From positions 498,082 through 522,081 of the forward strand of contig JAVJWR010000033.1 of the NCBI GenBank assembly GCA_040221975.1: a DNA stretch of 24,000 nucleotides, given 5' to 3'. The translations under genes and the position numbers were made by a program. Below are positions 1-10,272 of this stretch, in pieces. Each line of letters opens with the position of its first letter. The first letter of the stretch is position 1. The notes below the pieces were generated by a model, which did not search any database, had not been told where the DNA came from, and saw nothing but the letters and a program-made list of their open reading frames with translations. Origin of the DNA: Haliea sp. (lineage in GTDB: Bacteria; Pseudomonadota; Gammaproteobacteria; Pseudomonadales; Halieaceae).

Positions 1-1
1 T

Positions 2-1810
2 ACCGGCGGTACCCGCTTCTCGGCACAGCAGCAGATCACGCCTGCCAACGTCGACCAACTGGAAATTGCCTGGACCTACAACAGCGGCGACCTGGCCCCC
101 GAGACCTTCCCGGACAGCTTCAACAGTCCTGCCATGCAGGTAACACCCATCCTCGCCCAGGACACGTTGTACCTCTGCTCGCCGCGCAACCGCATCATCG
201 CCCTGGACCCGGCCACTGGCGCCGAGCGCTGGCATTACACTGCCGACCCCGAACTGCGTGGCCTGTACAGCGTCACCTGCCGCGGCGTCGCCTACCATGC
301 CGATGCAGACGCAGACCCCGGCCAGGCCTGTGCGGCCCGCGTTGTCGCCGGCACCCTGGACGGGCGCCTGCTGGCCCTGGATGCCGGTACCGGCAAGCCC
401 TGCGAGGAGTTCGGTGTCGATGGCGAAGTGGACTTGAAAGCGGCGCTGGGCGACGTAGGGCCCGCGGAATACGCGATGACCTCACCGCCGTTGCTGGTCA
501 ATGACCGGATCGTCACCGGCGCCCACGTGGCCGACCTGCGCCGTGGCGGGGTCCCCAGCGGCGTGATTCGCGCTTTCGACGTGCGCACAGGCGCCCTGCT
601 TTGGGACTGGGAAGCGGTGCTGCCGGAAAAACGCCTGGCCGAAGCCTATACACCGGGCAGCCCCAACGCCTGGGCGCCGCTCTCTGCAGACGCAGAAAGA
701 GGACTGGTCTTCATCCCCACCGGCAACCCGGCGGGTGACTATTATGGCGGTGGGCGGGACGGACTCGACGCCTTTGGCAGTTCGGTGGTGGCGCTGGACA
801 GCAATACCGGTGAACGGGTGTGGCACTACCAGACTGTGCACAATGATATCTGGGACTACGATGTGCCGTCACAGCCGGTACTGTTCGACTTCCCTGGACC
901 GGACGGTCCGATTCCCGCACTGGTGCAGGCTACCAAGATGGGCTTCCTGTTCGTGCTCAACCGCGAAACCGGCGAGCCCCTGTTTCCCGTTGAGGAGCGC
1001 GCCGCACCCCAGGGCGGACCAGCGCCCGGGGCCGTGTCCCCGACCCAGCCCTGGCCGCAGCTGCCCGAGCCCCTGCACCCGACCGAACTGACGGAGGAGG
1101 ACATGTTCGGCTTTGCCTGGTTTGACAAGCGAGCCTGCATCAAACAGTTCCGGGAGTTGAATTACGAGGGTCTGTACACCCCGATCAGCACCCAGCCGAC
1201 CCTGGTGTACCCTGGCTTCATGGGTGGCAGCAACTGGGGCAGCGTCAGCTGGGACCCGGTGCGCAAGCTGCTGCTGGCCAATACCAGCCGGGTACCCGCG
1301 ATCATAGAGCTGGTACCCCGGGAGGTGGTCGAATCGCCGGACTTTGCCGAGCGCGTGGAGTTGCAACTGGACACACCCTATGCGGTGAAGCGGCGCCCGT
1401 TCCTGTCGCCGCTGGGCGCGCCCTGCAACCGGCCACCCTGGGGCGTCCTGACGGCAATCGACATGACCAGCGGCAAGAAAGCGTGGGAGGTCCCCCTGGG
1501 CAGCACCCGCGACCTGGCGCCGTTCCCCCTGTGGCTGGACCTGGGGGTACCCAACAGCGGCGGCTCCCTGGTCACCGCCAGCGGCCTGACCTTTATCGGT
1601 GCTGCCACCGACAGCTATCTGCGCGCCTTTGCCACCGAGACCGGTACGGAACTGTGGAAAGCCCGGCTGCCCGCAGGCGGTCACGCCACTCCCATGACCT
1701 ACACGGTCGCCGATGGCACCCAGTACGTCGTGATTGCGGCCGGCGGCAATCGCATGCTGGGCTCGAAGATGGGTGACGCCCTGGTGGCGTTTCGACTGCC
1801 GTCGCGGTAG
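2..1810 (+). CDS. PQQ-dependent quinoprotein dehydrogenase, membrane-bound glucose/quinate/shikimate family (5' end lies outside the window)
   Basis: The frame is open from position 2 (TGGTRFSAQQQITPANVDQLEIAWTYNSGD...), upstream of the track start at 134. It carries propeller/PQQ signatures resembling E. coli Gcd as I recall it: VTPI..DTLYLCSP..IIALDPATGAERW, GGSNWGS, and LRAF..ETGTELWKARLPAGGHATPMTY..GTQYVVIAAGG. The stop is TAG at 1808-1810. Confidence 0.85.
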   Translation, partial: TGGTRFSAQQQITPANVDQLEIAWTYNSGDLAPETFPDSFNSPAMQVTPILAQDTLYLCSPRNRIIALDPATGAERWHYTADPELRGLYSVTCRGVAYHADADADPGQACAARVVAGTLDGRLLALDAGTGKPCEEFGVDGEVDLKAALGDVGPAEYAMTSPPLLVNDRIVTGAHVADLRRGGVPSGVIRAFDVRTGALLWDWEAVLPEKRLAEAYTPGSPNAWAPLSADAERGLVFIPTGNPAGDYYGGGRDGLDAFGSSVVALDSNTGERVWHYQTVHNDIWDYDVPSQPVLFDFPGPDGPIPALVQATKMGFLFVLNRETGEPLFPVEERAAPQGGPAPGAVSPTQPWPQLPEPLHPTELTEEDMFGFAWFDKRACIKQFRELNYEGLYTPISTQPTLVYPGFMGGSNWGSVSWDPVRKLLLANTSRVPAIIELVPREVVESPDFAERVELQLDTPYAVKRRPFLSPLGAPCNRPPWGVLTAIDMTSGKKAWEVPLGSTRDLAPFPLWLDLGVPNSGGSLVTASGLTFIGAATDSYLRAFATETGTELWKARLPAGGHATPMTYTVADGTQYVVIAAGGNRMLGSKMGDALVAFRLPSR

Positions 1811-1814
1811 CGCG

Positions 1815-2906
1815 CTACTTCTGGTCGAAGTCCACCACGATGCGGTCGCTGATCGGGTGCGCCTGGCAGGTCAGGATGAAACCCTGCTCGATCTCGCCGG
1901 GCTCCAGGCCATGGGTGATATCCATGTCGACTTCACCTTCCACCAGTTTTGCCTTGCAGGTCGAGCAGACACCACCCTTGCAGGAAAACGGCAGATCCAG
2001 GCCCTGGTTGATGCCGGCATCGAGCACATTCTCGCCGTCAGTGGCCAGGCTGAACTGGCTGGATCGGCCGTCCATGACGATGGTGACGTCACTGGCCTTG
2101 CCGGCGTAGTCGCGCGCCCGGGCGTGATGCTTGGCGATGACAGCCTCGGCATCCTCCGCCGACGAGGCAAAAAGCTCATAGTGAATATTTTCCTCACTCA
2201 CGCCGACACTGCGCAAGCCGCGGGAAACTTCTGAAATCATCGACTCGGGGCCGCAGATGAAGTATTCGTCATAGCGCTTCAGGTCGATCAGGCGCCGATT
2301 CAGTTCCCCACCCTTGCGATTGTCCAGGCGGCCGTTGAGGATGTCCGCGCCCTGGTCCTCCCGGCTGAGAATATTCACCCACTGCAGGCGGTCGAGATAC
2401 CGGTTCTTGAGAAAGCTCAGTGTCTCCCGGAACATGATGGTGTTGGCGCGCTGGTTGCCGTACAGCAGAGTCACCCGACTCTCGGGCTCCTCCGCCAGGA
2501 TGGAACGAATATTGGAGATGACCGGGGTGATGCCACTACCGGAGGCAATGAACAGGTAATTGCGTGCGCGTCCGGCGTCCAGTGGCACGAAGAAGTTGCC
2601 CTGGGGCGGCATCACCTCGAGCGTGTCTCCGGCCTGCAGGGTGTCGTTGGCGTAATTGGAAAACAGGCCGCCTTCCACGCGCTTGATCGCCACCTGTGGC
2701 GCGTCATCGTGGATGCCGGCACAGATCGAGTAGGAGCGCCGCACCGGGACGCCGTCGAGGCTCTGCTGCAGGGTCAGGTACTGGCCGGGCTGGAACCGAA
2801 AACGCTCGCGCAGTTCCTCGGGTACCGCAAAGCTCACCTTGATGGCGAGATCGGTCTCGGGTTCGACACTGGCGACTTCCAGGGGGAAAAATTGCATGTC
2901 TGCCAT
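1815..2906 (-). CDS. paaE: Phenylacetyl-CoA 1,2-epoxidase reductase subunit (FNR-like FAD/NAD domain plus C-terminal plant-type 2Fe-2S ferredoxin)
   Basis: 363 aa. FNR motifs RSYSIC and LFIASGSGITP are present, with the C-terminal cluster CKGGVCSTCKAKL...C. The start is ATG at 2906 with AGGAA 6 nt upstream. It is the last gene of the paaABCDE order. Confidence 0.93.
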   Translation of the reverse strand: MADMQFFPLEVASVEPETDLAIKVSFAVPEELRERFRFQPGQYLTLQQSLDGVPVRRSYSICAGIHDDAPQVAIKRVEGGLFSNYANDTLQAGDTLEVMPPQGNFFVPLDAGRARNYLFIASGSGITPVISNIRSILAEEPESRVTLLYGNQRANTIMFRETLSFLKNRYLDRLQWVNILSREDQGADILNGRLDNRKGGELNRRLIDLKRYDEYFICGPESMISEVSRGLRSVGVSEENIHYELFASSAEDAEAVIAKHHARARDYAGKASDVTIVMDGRSSQFSLATDGENVLDAGINQGLDLPFSCKGGVCSTCKAKLVEGEVDMDITHGLEPGEIEQGFILTCQAHPISDRIVVDFDQK

Positions 2907-2915
2907 GGGCTGTTC

Positions 2916-3452
2916 CTAAATGGGCTTGAAGTAGTCAAAAGGTTCGGCGCAACTGTTGCACTGGTATAGCGCTTTGCAGGCCGTGGAGCCGAATTCGCTG
3001 AGTTTGCGCACATCTTCCGAGCCGCAGCGCGGGCAGCTGATGGACCCGGCCACCTCGGCGCTGCCGCAGCCCGGCGGGGCGATACCCCAGTCCCGCAGCT
3101 TCTCCTGGGCAGCGGCAGTCATCCAGCTGGTGGACCAGGCGGGGGACAGCCGGGTTTCCACCACCACCTGGTCGTGGCCAGCGGCCTGCAATGCGGCAAC
3201 GATGTCCTCCTCCATTACCGTCATGGCGGGACAGCCGGAGTAGGTCGGGGTAATGGTGACCACCACCGTCTCGCCACGCTGTTCAATATCCTGCAGCACC
3301 CCGAGTTCCCACAGGCTGATGACGGGGATTTCCGGGTCCTTGACCTCGTCCAGCAGGTCCCAGAGCGCTGGCAGCGTCGAGCGCGAGCGCCGTTGCCGGC
3401 GTTCATGCTCCTCGGCCGGTAATACGGGTATGCGGTCCGCAGCCGTCACCAT
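2916..3452 (-). CDS. paaD: Phenylacetyl-CoA epoxidase accessory subunit PaaD
   Basis: The track ORF (285 aa, to 3773) overlaps paaC. The homologous part begins at the internal ATG at 3452 (MVTAADRIP...), preceded by GGTGAGG and lying 7 nt after the paaC stop. Motifs DPEIPV, TPTYSGCPA, SEFGSTACKALY.C.SC.EPFDYFK match E. coli PaaD as I recall it. Confidence 0.88.
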   Translation of the reverse strand: MVTAADRIPVLPAEEHERRQRRSRSTLPALWDLLDEVKDPEIPVISLWELGVLQDIEQRGETVVVTITPTYSGCPAMTVMEEDIVAALQAAGHDQVVVETRLSPAWSTSWMTAAAQEKLRDWGIAPPGCGSAEVAGSISCPRCGSEDVRKLSEFGSTACKALYQCNSCAEPFDYFKPI

Positions 3453-3459
3453 CTCAGCC

Positions 3460-4227
3460 TCACCATTCCAGGCCGGGGTAGGCGCGCTGCATGAACTGCA
3501 GCTCGCTGAGCAGATGGCCCAGGGATTCCGTATGGATCCCCTGGCGCCCGCCGCGAACCGACCAGTCTCCCGCCGGCAGATCGATGGAGGCCTCCGCGAG
3601 GGTGTCACGCACCGCGGCGTCCCAGGCGGGCCTGAGCGCAGGGCTGTCGACGGCAATACCTGCCGCGACCAGAGAGGTCTCCAGGGCGTCGAGCTCGAAC
3701 AGTTCATCGGTGTAGCCCCAGAGATCGTCCACCGCGGTCTGCAGGCGACGCTGGCTTTCCTCCGTGCCATCACCGAGGCGCAGCATCCAGTCGCGACTGC
3801 GGCGCAAATGGTATTTACACTCTTTTACGGCCTTGGCGGCAATGTCCGCCAGCTGCTGGTCCGCTGATTCCAGCAGCGCCTGCATGAAAGCCAGGGCGTA
3901 CTCGTCGACCAGGTACTGTCGCGCCATGGTGAAGGCGAAGTCACCCCGGGGCAGCTCGTGCAGCAGCAGGTTGGTGAATTCGCGGCAGTCACGCAGGTAG
4001 GCAAAACTGTCCTCGCTGCGGCCGTCTCCGCTGAGTTCGGCGGCATAGCTGTAGAACATGCGCGCACGACCGATATAGTCCAGCGCAACGTTGGTCAGCG
4101 CCAGATCCTCTTCCAGGAACGGCGCATTGCTGCACCACTCCGACAGGCGGTGGCCCAGCACCAGGGCGTCATCGCCCAGCCGCACCGCATATTGCAGGAC
4201 GGCGTCTTGCGTATTGGCAGCAGTCAT
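3460..4227 (-). CDS. paaC: Phenylacetyl-CoA epoxidase structural subunit PaaC
   Basis: 255 aa with a ferritin-like/PaaA-PaaC family appearance (LGDDALVLGHRLSEW, ALDYIGRARMFY). The start is ATG at 4227 with GAGGTGG upstream. It sits between paaB and paaD. Confidence 0.9.
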   Translation of the reverse strand: MTAANTQDAVLQYAVRLGDDALVLGHRLSEWCSNAPFLEEDLALTNVALDYIGRARMFYSYAAELSGDGRSEDSFAYLRDCREFTNLLLHELPRGDFAFTMARQYLVDEYALAFMQALLESADQQLADIAAKAVKECKYHLRRSRDWMLRLGDGTEESQRRLQTAVDDLWGYTDELFELDALETSLVAAGIAVDSPALRPAWDAAVRDTLAEASIDLPAGDWSVRGGRQGIHTESLGHLLSELQFMQRAYPGLEW

Positions 4228-4236
4228 GTCACCACC

Positions 4237-4521
4237 TCACATGTTGTTGACTTCGTCGGGCAACTGGTAGTGCGTTGCATGACGATAGGGTTTGTCGTCC
4301 AGGGGATCGTAGAAGCTCTCGCAATCGCCTTCCTGGGAGGCAACGATATCCGAGGAGTTGACCACCCAGATGCTGACGCCCTCGCTGCGTCGAGTATAGA
4401 CGTCGCGGGCATATTCCAGTGCCTGGGCGGGATCTTCCGCGTGCAGGCTGCCAACGTGCTTGTGATCAAGCCCGCGACGGGACCGGATAAAGACTTCATA
4501 CAGTTTCATGTGCTCTGACAT
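4237..4521 (-). CDS. paaB: Phenylacetyl-CoA epoxidase subunit PaaB
   Basis: The track ORF extends to 4602 and overlaps paaA. ATG at 4521 (MSEHMKLYEVFIRS...HVGSLHA...YTRRSEG.SIWVV) gives 94 aa, typical of PaaB. GGAG overlaps the paaA stop codon (TAGGAGACACAATAATG). Confidence 0.9.
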   Translation of the reverse strand: MSEHMKLYEVFIRSRRGLDHKHVGSLHAEDPAQALEYARDVYTRRSEGVSIWVVNSSDIVASQEGDCESFYDPLDDKPYRHATHYQLPDEVNNM

Positions 4522-4532
4522 TATTGTGTCTC

Positions 4533-5501
4533 CTATGCCGCCTGGCGATCCGAGCGTTGACGTTTTTTGGCCTCGTAGGCGGTGATCGCGTCGCGCACCC
4601 ACTGGCCCTCTTCGTGGGCCCTGACATGGTGGGCGAGACGCTGTCGGTTGCAGGGGCCGTCGCCGCTGATCACGCGATTGAACTCCTCCCAGTCGATTTC
4701 ACCGAAATCGTAGTGGCCCCGCTCCTCGTTCCATTTCAGCTCCGGGTCGGGCATGGTGAGGCCGATGACCTCGGCCTGCTTTACCGTCTGGTCGACAAAC
4801 TTCTGCCGCAGCTCATCGTTGCTCTGACGCTTGATTTTCCATTTCATGGACTGCGCAGAGTGTGCGGACTCGGCATCGTGGGGCCCGAACATCATCAACG
4901 AGGGCCACCAGAACCGGTTCAGCGAATCCTGTGCCATGGCTTTCTGCTCTTCAGTGCCACGGGCCAGGGTCATCATGATGTGGTAGCCCTGGCGCTGGTG
5001 GAAACTTTCCTCCTTGCAGATCCGCACCATGCCGCGGGCATAGGGTCCATAGGACGTACGCTGCAGGGACACCTGGTTGACAATGGCCGCACCATCCACC
5101 AGCCAGCCAATGGCACCGATATCGGCCCAGGTCAGGGCCGGATAATTGAAGATGGAAGCGTACTTGGCGCGCCCGGTGTGCAGGGCGTCAATCATTTCTT
5201 CCCGACTGGCGCCCAGGGTCTCCGCTGCACTGTACAGGTAGAGGCCGTGACCGCCCTCGTCCTGAACCTTGGCCAGCAAGATGCACTTGCGATGCAGGCT
5301 CGGCGCCCGCGTGATCCAGTTGCCCTCGGGCTGCATGCCAATGACTTCCGAGTGTGCGTGCTGGGATATCTGGCGAATCAGATTCTGGCGGTATTTCTCC
5401 GGCATCCAGTCCTTCGGCTCAATTTTCTCCTCGGCGTCAATGCGCGCCTGAAAGCGCTCTTCCACTGACATCGGATTCTGCTCTGTATGCTCTGCTGTCA
5501 T
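4533..5501 (-). CDS. paaA: Phenylacetyl-CoA 1,2-epoxidase catalytic subunit PaaA (di-iron)
   Basis: 322 aa, near-collinear with E. coli PaaA as I recall it ([58 protein letters not shown]). The start is ATG at 5501 with AGGAGAG 6 nt upstream. Confidence 0.95.
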   Translation of the reverse strand: MTAEHTEQNPMSVEERFQARIDAEEKIEPKDWMPEKYRQNLIRQISQHAHSEVIGMQPEGNWITRAPSLHRKCILLAKVQDEGGHGLYLYSAAETLGASREEMIDALHTGRAKYASIFNYPALTWADIGAIGWLVDGAAIVNQVSLQRTSYGPYARGMVRICKEESFHQRQGYHIMMTLARGTEEQKAMAQDSLNRFWWPSLMMFGPHDAESAHSAQSMKWKIKRQSNDELRQKFVDQTVKQAEVIGLTMPDPELKWNEERGHYDFGEIDWEEFNRVISGDGPCNRQRLAHHVRAHEEGQWVRDAITAYEAKKRQRSDRQAA

Positions 5502-5525
5502 AACCGCTCTCCTGTAAACCTGCCG

Positions 5526-6728
5526 TCAAACTCGTTCGATTACCATTGCGATACCCTGGCCAACCCCGATGCACATGGTGCACAGCGCATAGCGACCACC
5601 ACGACGATGCAGTTCGTACATCGCGGTAGTTACCAGGCGCGCGCCACTCATACCCAGGGGGTGCCCCAGGGCGATGGCCCCACCATTCGGATTGACATGG
5701 GGCGCGTCGTCCGCGAGCCCCAGGCCGCGCAGAACCGCGAGCCCCTGTGCCGCAAAGGCCTCGTTGAGCTCGATTACATCCATGGCGGCGAGCTCGAGGC
5801 CCGCCAGCCGCAGTACCTTGCGCGAAGCCTCCACCGGGCCGTAACCCATGATCCGGGGCTCCAGGCCGCTGCTGGCCATGGCCACCACCCGCGCGCGCGG
5901 CTCCAGACCATGGCTGCGCGCCGCCTCCGCAGAGGCGATAAGCAGCGCACAGGCACCATCGTTGACCCCTGAGGCATTACCTGCGGTCACGGTACCGCCT
6001 TCGCGGAACGGTGTCGGGAGTTTGGCCAGCGCGTCCAGCGTGGTGTCGCGCGGATGCTCGTCCTGAGTCACCTGTACAGGATCACCCTTGCGCTGGGGAA
6101 TGCTGACCGGAGTGATCTCGGTATCGAAGACCCCCGCCGTCTGGGCCGCAGCGGTGCGCTGCTGGCTGCGCAGGGCAAAAGCATCCTGGGCCGCACGCTC
6201 GATAGCGAATTGCTCGGCAACGTTTTCGGCGGTCTCGGGCATGGAATCGATGCCGTATTGTTTCTGCATGAGGCGATTGACGAAACGCCAGCCTATGGTG
6301 GTGTCATACATCTGTGGGTCGCGGCCGTAGGCAGCGGTCGCCTTGCCCATGACAAAAGGTGCCCGGGACATGGATTCGACACCGCCGGCAATGGCCAACT
6401 GGGCCTCTCCACACTTGATGGCCCGGGCAGCGCTGCCGATGGCATCCATGCCGGAACCACAGAGCCGGTTTACAGTGACCCCGGGTACCGTCACCGGCAG
6501 GCCGGCCAGCAAAGCGCTCATCCGCGCCACGTTGCGGTTGTCTTCGCCGGCCTGATTGGCGCAACCAAACCAGACGTCGTCGACCTGCGCCCAGTCCACT
6601 CCCGGGTTGCGCGCCATCAATGCGCGCAGGGGAATAGCACCCAGGTCATCGGCACGCACAGCCGCCAGGGCACCAGCGTAGCGGCCTATGGGAGTGCGCA
6701 GGGCATCACAGATAAAAGCGTCTTGCAT
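5526..6728 (-). CDS. paaJ: 3-oxoadipyl-CoA / 3-oxo-5,6-dehydrosuberyl-CoA thiolase
   Basis: 400 aa thiolase-II. The active-site regions are [10 protein letters not shown] (Cys nucleophile), [26 protein letters not shown] and the C-terminal CIGVGQG. The ATG at 6728 overlaps the paaI stop by 1 nt (TAATG). Confidence 0.92.
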   Translation of the reverse strand: MQDAFICDALRTPIGRYAGALAAVRADDLGAIPLRALMARNPGVDWAQVDDVWFGCANQAGEDNRNVARMSALLAGLPVTVPGVTVNRLCGSGMDAIGSAARAIKCGEAQLAIAGGVESMSRAPFVMGKATAAYGRDPQMYDTTIGWRFVNRLMQKQYGIDSMPETAENVAEQFAIERAAQDAFALRSQQRTAAAQTAGVFDTEITPVSIPQRKGDPVQVTQDEHPRDTTLDALAKLPTPFREGGTVTAGNASGVNDGACALLIASAEAARSHGLEPRARVVAMASSGLEPRIMGYGPVEASRKVLRLAGLELAAMDVIELNEAFAAQGLAVLRGLGLADDAPHVNPNGGAIALGHPLGMSGARLVTTAMYELHRRGGRYALCTMCIGVGQGIAMVIERV

Positions 6729-7174
6729 TAGTCAATTTCTCCGGTTCCAGTCTCGACAAGGTGACCGCCAATGCGGTGGGAGTTACCCCGAAACAAGGCA
6801 ATGGTCTGTTGCGCCTGGTTGGTCACGGTAACATCGTAGACGCCACTGCGCCTGCCCTGCTGCACCTGGCTCGCACTTGCGGTCAGTTCCTCGCCCAGCC
6901 GGGCCGGGGCCAGGAATTCGATGCGAGCACCCGCGGCTACGGTGTTGAAGTTTTCGCTGTTGCAGGCATAGGCAAAGCAGCTGTCCGCCAGGGTAAAGAT
7001 AAGGCCGCCGTGGCAGAGATCGTGACCGTTGACCATGTCGGCCCGCACGCGCATGGTCATGGTAGCGGTGCCCGGTGCAATCGCCACCAGGGTCACCCCC
7101 AGCGCCCTGCAGGCGTGGTCACCCACCCAGAGGGCCTCACCACAGTCACGGGCCAGTTGTTCCGGGCTACTCAC
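6728..7174 (-). CDS. paaI: Hydroxyphenylacetyl-CoA thioesterase (hotdog fold)
   Basis: 148 aa. The PaaI-type motif is [23 protein letters not shown]. The start is GTG at 7174, sharing 1 nt with the paaG stop (TAGTG). The gene lies inside the paa operon. Confidence 0.88.
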   Translation of the reverse strand: MSSPEQLARDCGEALWVGDHACRALGVTLVAIAPGTATMTMRVRADMVNGHDLCHGGLIFTLADSCFAYACNSENFNTVAAGARIEFLAPARLGEELTASASQVQQGRRSGVYDVTVTNQAQQTIALFRGNSHRIGGHLVETGTGEID

Positions 7175-7965
7175 TATTCACCCCGATACTGTGGCGGACG
7201 TTTTTCCAGGAACGCGGCGACACCTTCACGGTAATCCGCGGTCTGGCCCGCGGCCCGCATCAATTCCTTTTCCAGTTCGAGCTGCTGGTCAAGCGTGTTG
7301 GCTGCCGAGGCCGCGAACGCCTGCTTGGTAAAGGCGAACCCGCGTGTGGGCTGGGTGGCCATGGTCTCAGCCAGTGCCAGTGCGGTCGCCTGCAATTCAT
7401 CATCCTCGACCACCTGCCAGATCATGCCCCAGGCCAGGGCCTGCTCCGCGGATACCTTGGGCCCCAGCATGGCGAGCCCCTTGGCCCGGGCCATGCCGAC
7501 CAGGCGGGGCAGGGTCCAGGTACCGCCTGAGTCCGGAATCAGGCCCAATTTGGCGAAGGACTCGATGAAACTGGCAGACTGCCCCGCAATGACGATGTCG
7601 CAGGCCAGGGCGATATTGGCGCCAGCTCCGGCCGCCACCCCGTTTACGGCACAGATCACCGGCTTCTCCATGCCGGCGAGCAGGCGGATCAGCGGATTGT
7701 AGTACTTTTCCACCGAGTCACCCAGGTCCGGCGGCGCATCGCCCGCGGACACGGCGCGGTCGTTGAGATCCTGGCCGGCGCAGAAGCCGCGGCCAGCGCC
7801 GGTCAGCAATACCGCCCGCACCTGGGGATCCCCGGCGGCACGGGTCAGTACTTCCCGCACCTCCGCGTGCATCGCCGCGGTAAAGCTGTTGAGCGCTGCG
7901 GGCCGGTTCAACACCAGCCGTGCCACGCCCTTGTCAATAGTGAACTCGATATGTTCCCAGGCCAT
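7174..7965 (-). CDS. paaG: 1,2-epoxyphenylacetyl-CoA isomerase (crotonase family)
   Basis: 263 aa with long identity runs to E. coli PaaG as I recall it (LLTGAGRGFCAGQDLNDR, KPVICAVNGVAAGAGA, GMIWQVV.D, ADYREGV.AFL.KR.PQ). The start is ATG at 7965, with GAGGAGGG overlapping the paaZ stop. Confidence 0.93.
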   Translation of the reverse strand: MAWEHIEFTIDKGVARLVLNRPAALNSFTAAMHAEVREVLTRAAGDPQVRAVLLTGAGRGFCAGQDLNDRAVSAGDAPPDLGDSVEKYYNPLIRLLAGMEKPVICAVNGVAAGAGANIALACDIVIAGQSASFIESFAKLGLIPDSGGTWTLPRLVGMARAKGLAMLGPKVSAEQALAWGMIWQVVEDDELQATALALAETMATQPTRGFAFTKQAFAASAANTLDQQLELEKELMRAAGQTADYREGVAAFLEKRPPQYRGE

Positions 7966-7980
7966 GAGCAGCTGCCCTCC

Positions 7981-10023
7981 TCAGTCTTCGCGGCGTTCTA
8001 CCAACGTCAGGATGTCGTAGATGGCCACTGGCTCGTCGGCCTGGTTGGTCACCTCGATGGCCCACACTACAACACCATTGGGTTTTTCATCACCGCGCTG
8101 GGCCTTCTTGATTTTCTTCTTCACCGTCAGCCGGGTACGGATGGTGTCGCCCGGCGCCACCGGTTCAACAAAGCGCAGATTCTCGAGACCGTAGTTGGCA
8201 ATGACCGGACCGGGAGCGGGATGCACAAACATCCCCGCCGCGGCGGATATCACGAAATAGCCGTGGGCGACGCGCTTGCCAAAGAAGGAGTCCTTGGCGG
8301 CAATTTCGTCAAAGTGGGCGTAGAAATGGTCGCCGCTGATGCAGCCGAAGTTGACAATGTCCGCTTCCGTCACCGTGCGCCGGTGCGTCAGCAGCGACTC
8401 ACCCACCTGCAGGTCCTCGAAATACTTTTTGAAGGGATGCACGTCATCGGAGTAGGATCGGGCCCCGGCATGGTACTCGGAGGTAATGGCCATCAACGTG
8501 GTCGGTGAGCCCTGCAGCGCGGTGCGTTGCATGTAGTGTTTGACGGCACGCAAGCCGCCGAGCTCTTCGCCACCACCGGCGCGCCCGGGACCACCGTGTA
8601 CCAGCGGCGCCAGCGGCGAGCCGTGGCCGGTTGACTCACCGGCGCAATCGCGATTGATGATCAACATGCGACCGTGCCATGGCGCTGTACCCAGTATCAC
8701 CTGCCGTGCCTCGGCATCGTCGAAGGTGAACAGGGAGCCAACCAGACTGCCCTTGCCGAGACGGGTGATGGCAATCGCATCGTCGATGTCCCGGTAAGGG
8801 ATGAGCGTGCTGACCGGGCCAAAAGCCTCCACTTCATGGACCAGCGTCTTGCCATGCGGATCGTCACAGCGCAACAGGGTAGGCGGAAAGAACGCGCCGC
8901 TGCTGTTGTCGGTACCGGTGAGCGGAAATGTTTCCCCGCCCCCATAGATCACTTCGCATTCGCGCGCCAGCTGCTCGACGCTGGCGCGCACATCCCGGGC
9001 CTGATCGCGGCCCACCAGCGGCCCCATGCGCACGCCTTCGGCGCCGGGATCGCCGACTGTGGTCTTTTCCAGCCGCGCCTGCAGCGCCCCGGCAACGGCG
9101 TCCAGTTGCGCGGCGGGCACGATGATACGGCGGATGGCGGTGCACTTCTGCCCCGCCTTGACCGTCATCTCCCGCACCACTTCCTTGATGAACAATTCGA
9201 ATTCCGGATCGTCAACCCCAACCGTGGCACCGAGGATGGCGCAATTCAGTGAGTCGGCCTCCATGGTGAAGGGCACCGAATTGGCCACCAGGTTGGGGTG
9301 GGTACGCAGCTTGCCCCCGGTGCTCGCGGAGCCGGTGAAGGTGACCACATCCTGCTCGGACAGATGCTGCAGCAGATCCCCGACAGAACCACAGATGAGC
9401 TGGATCGAACCTTCGGGGAAGAAGCCGCCCGCAATCATTTCCCGTACCATGGCCTCGGTGAGATAGGCCGTTGGCGTCGCCGGCTTGACGATTACCGGCA
9501 CCCCGGCGGCGAGGCTGGGTGCAATCTTCTCCAGCATGCCCCAGCAGGGAAAATTGAAGGCATTGATGTGTACCGACACGCCGGGCTTGGAGGTGAGGAC
9601 ATGGCGACCGAGAAAGCTGCCGCCCTTTGACAGGCGCTCGACATCACCTTCCGCCATGATGACATCGTTGGGCATTTCCCGGCTGACCAGGCTGGCATAG
9701 GTGAAGACCGTGCCAATGCCGCCCTCGATGTCGACCCAGCCGTCGGCGCGGGTCGCGCCGGTACGCGCCGACAGGGCGTAGAAATCTTCCTTGCGCTCCA
9801 TCAGGTGCTTTGCCATGGCCTTGAGGGCTGCTGCGCGCTCATGGAAAGTCATCGCGCGCAGGGCGGGCCCGCCGACGTCGCGACCGTGGCGCACCATTGC
9901 CGCAAAGTCCACGCCCTCGCTGCTGACGTCGCAGACCGGTTCACCGGTAACCGCGTCGCACACGGTAACACCGCTACCCGTGCCTTCCTGCCACTGGCCG
10001 CTGACATAACTTTGCAACTTCAT
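7981..10023 (-). CDS. paaZ: Bifunctional oxepin-CoA hydrolase / 3-oxo-5,6-dehydrosuberyl-CoA semialdehyde dehydrogenase (ALDH domain plus C-terminal MaoC hydratase domain)
   Basis: 680 aa, matching the length class of E. coli PaaZ. ALDH motifs are FTMEADSLN and GQKCTAIRR. The C-terminal MaoC-like region includes RVAHGYF. The start is ATG at 10023 with GGAG 8 nt upstream. It is the first gene of the minus-strand operon. Confidence 0.93.
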   Translation of the reverse strand: MKLQSYVSGQWQEGTGSGVTVCDAVTGEPVCDVSSEGVDFAAMVRHGRDVGGPALRAMTFHERAAALKAMAKHLMERKEDFYALSARTGATRADGWVDIEGGIGTVFTYASLVSREMPNDVIMAEGDVERLSKGGSFLGRHVLTSKPGVSVHINAFNFPCWGMLEKIAPSLAAGVPVIVKPATPTAYLTEAMVREMIAGGFFPEGSIQLICGSVGDLLQHLSEQDVVTFTGSASTGGKLRTHPNLVANSVPFTMEADSLNCAILGATVGVDDPEFELFIKEVVREMTVKAGQKCTAIRRIIVPAAQLDAVAGALQARLEKTTVGDPGAEGVRMGPLVGRDQARDVRASVEQLARECEVIYGGGETFPLTGTDNSSGAFFPPTLLRCDDPHGKTLVHEVEAFGPVSTLIPYRDIDDAIAITRLGKGSLVGSLFTFDDAEARQVILGTAPWHGRMLIINRDCAGESTGHGSPLAPLVHGGPGRAGGGEELGGLRAVKHYMQRTALQGSPTTLMAITSEYHAGARSYSDDVHPFKKYFEDLQVGESLLTHRRTVTEADIVNFGCISGDHFYAHFDEIAAKDSFFGKRVAHGYFVISAAAGMFVHPAPGPVIANYGLENLRFVEPVAPGDTIRTRLTVKKKIKKAQRGDEKPNGVVVWAIEVTNQADEPVAIYDILTLVERRED

Positions 10024-10092
10024 GAAGCGCGTCTCCTGTATTATGCGTTGTGGGATTTACCCGCCCCGGGCCAGCGCCCGAGGCCGCCAATT

Positions 10093-10120
10093 ATGATACA
10101 CAATGATTACCTTCTGTAAA
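10093..10120 (-). promoter_or_regulatory. Candidate sigma70 promoter of the paaZGIJABCDE operon (TTTACA-N16-TATCAT)
   Basis: Read on the minus strand as cTTTACAgaaggtaatcattgtgTATCATaat, about 70 nt upstream of the paaZ ATG. The -10 is embedded in the 8-mer TGTATCAT that recurs in other control regions of this window. Confidence 0.35.
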
Positions 10121-10272
10121 GCTTTATGTAATACTTTGGAGCCACTATCGCTCGCTTCGAATCCTGTCGCAAACTACTGCACAACCCAGCCTTGTTTGCC
10201 ATAATGTGGCGCCAAAGGCATCCGCACCCACGGCCCATGGCAAACAATAATTACTCCGGTGGAGCTTTCCCC

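Noticed and set aside
869-1684. 271-aa minus-strand ORF, plus several 60-120 aa ORFs between 273 and 1776
   Set aside because: They are antisense to or out of frame with the PQQ dehydrogenase CDS, with biased, low-complexity composition.
3453-3773. N-terminal 107-aa extension of the paaD ORF as given in the track
   Set aside because: It overlaps paaC in another frame and has no PaaD homology. The internal ATG at 3452 has an RBS and restores a typical PaaD length.
4522-4602. N-terminal extension of the paaB ORF as given in the track
   Set aside because: It overlaps the 3' end of paaA. ATG at 4521 with GGAG gives the canonical PaaB of about 94 aa.
4524-5468. 314-aa plus-strand ORF
   Set aside because: Antisense to paaA, whose identity is unambiguous, and no recognisable motifs.
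6054-8508. Plus-strand ORFs of 135-225 aa (6054-6731, 6761-7234, 7075-7530, 7295-7702, 7867-8508)
   Set aside because: All are antisense to paaJ, paaI, paaG or paaZ and are high-GC shadow ORFs.
10024-10272. A canonical E. coli-type PaaX operator (TGATTC-N~27-GAATCA) here and upstream of paaK, pac and the fadB-like gene
   Set aside because: Only isolated partial half sites were seen: TGATTA at 10105, GAATCC at 10159, GAATCG at 16456 and TGAATTCGTG near 19146. None had a partner at the expected spacing, so no operator feature is called.
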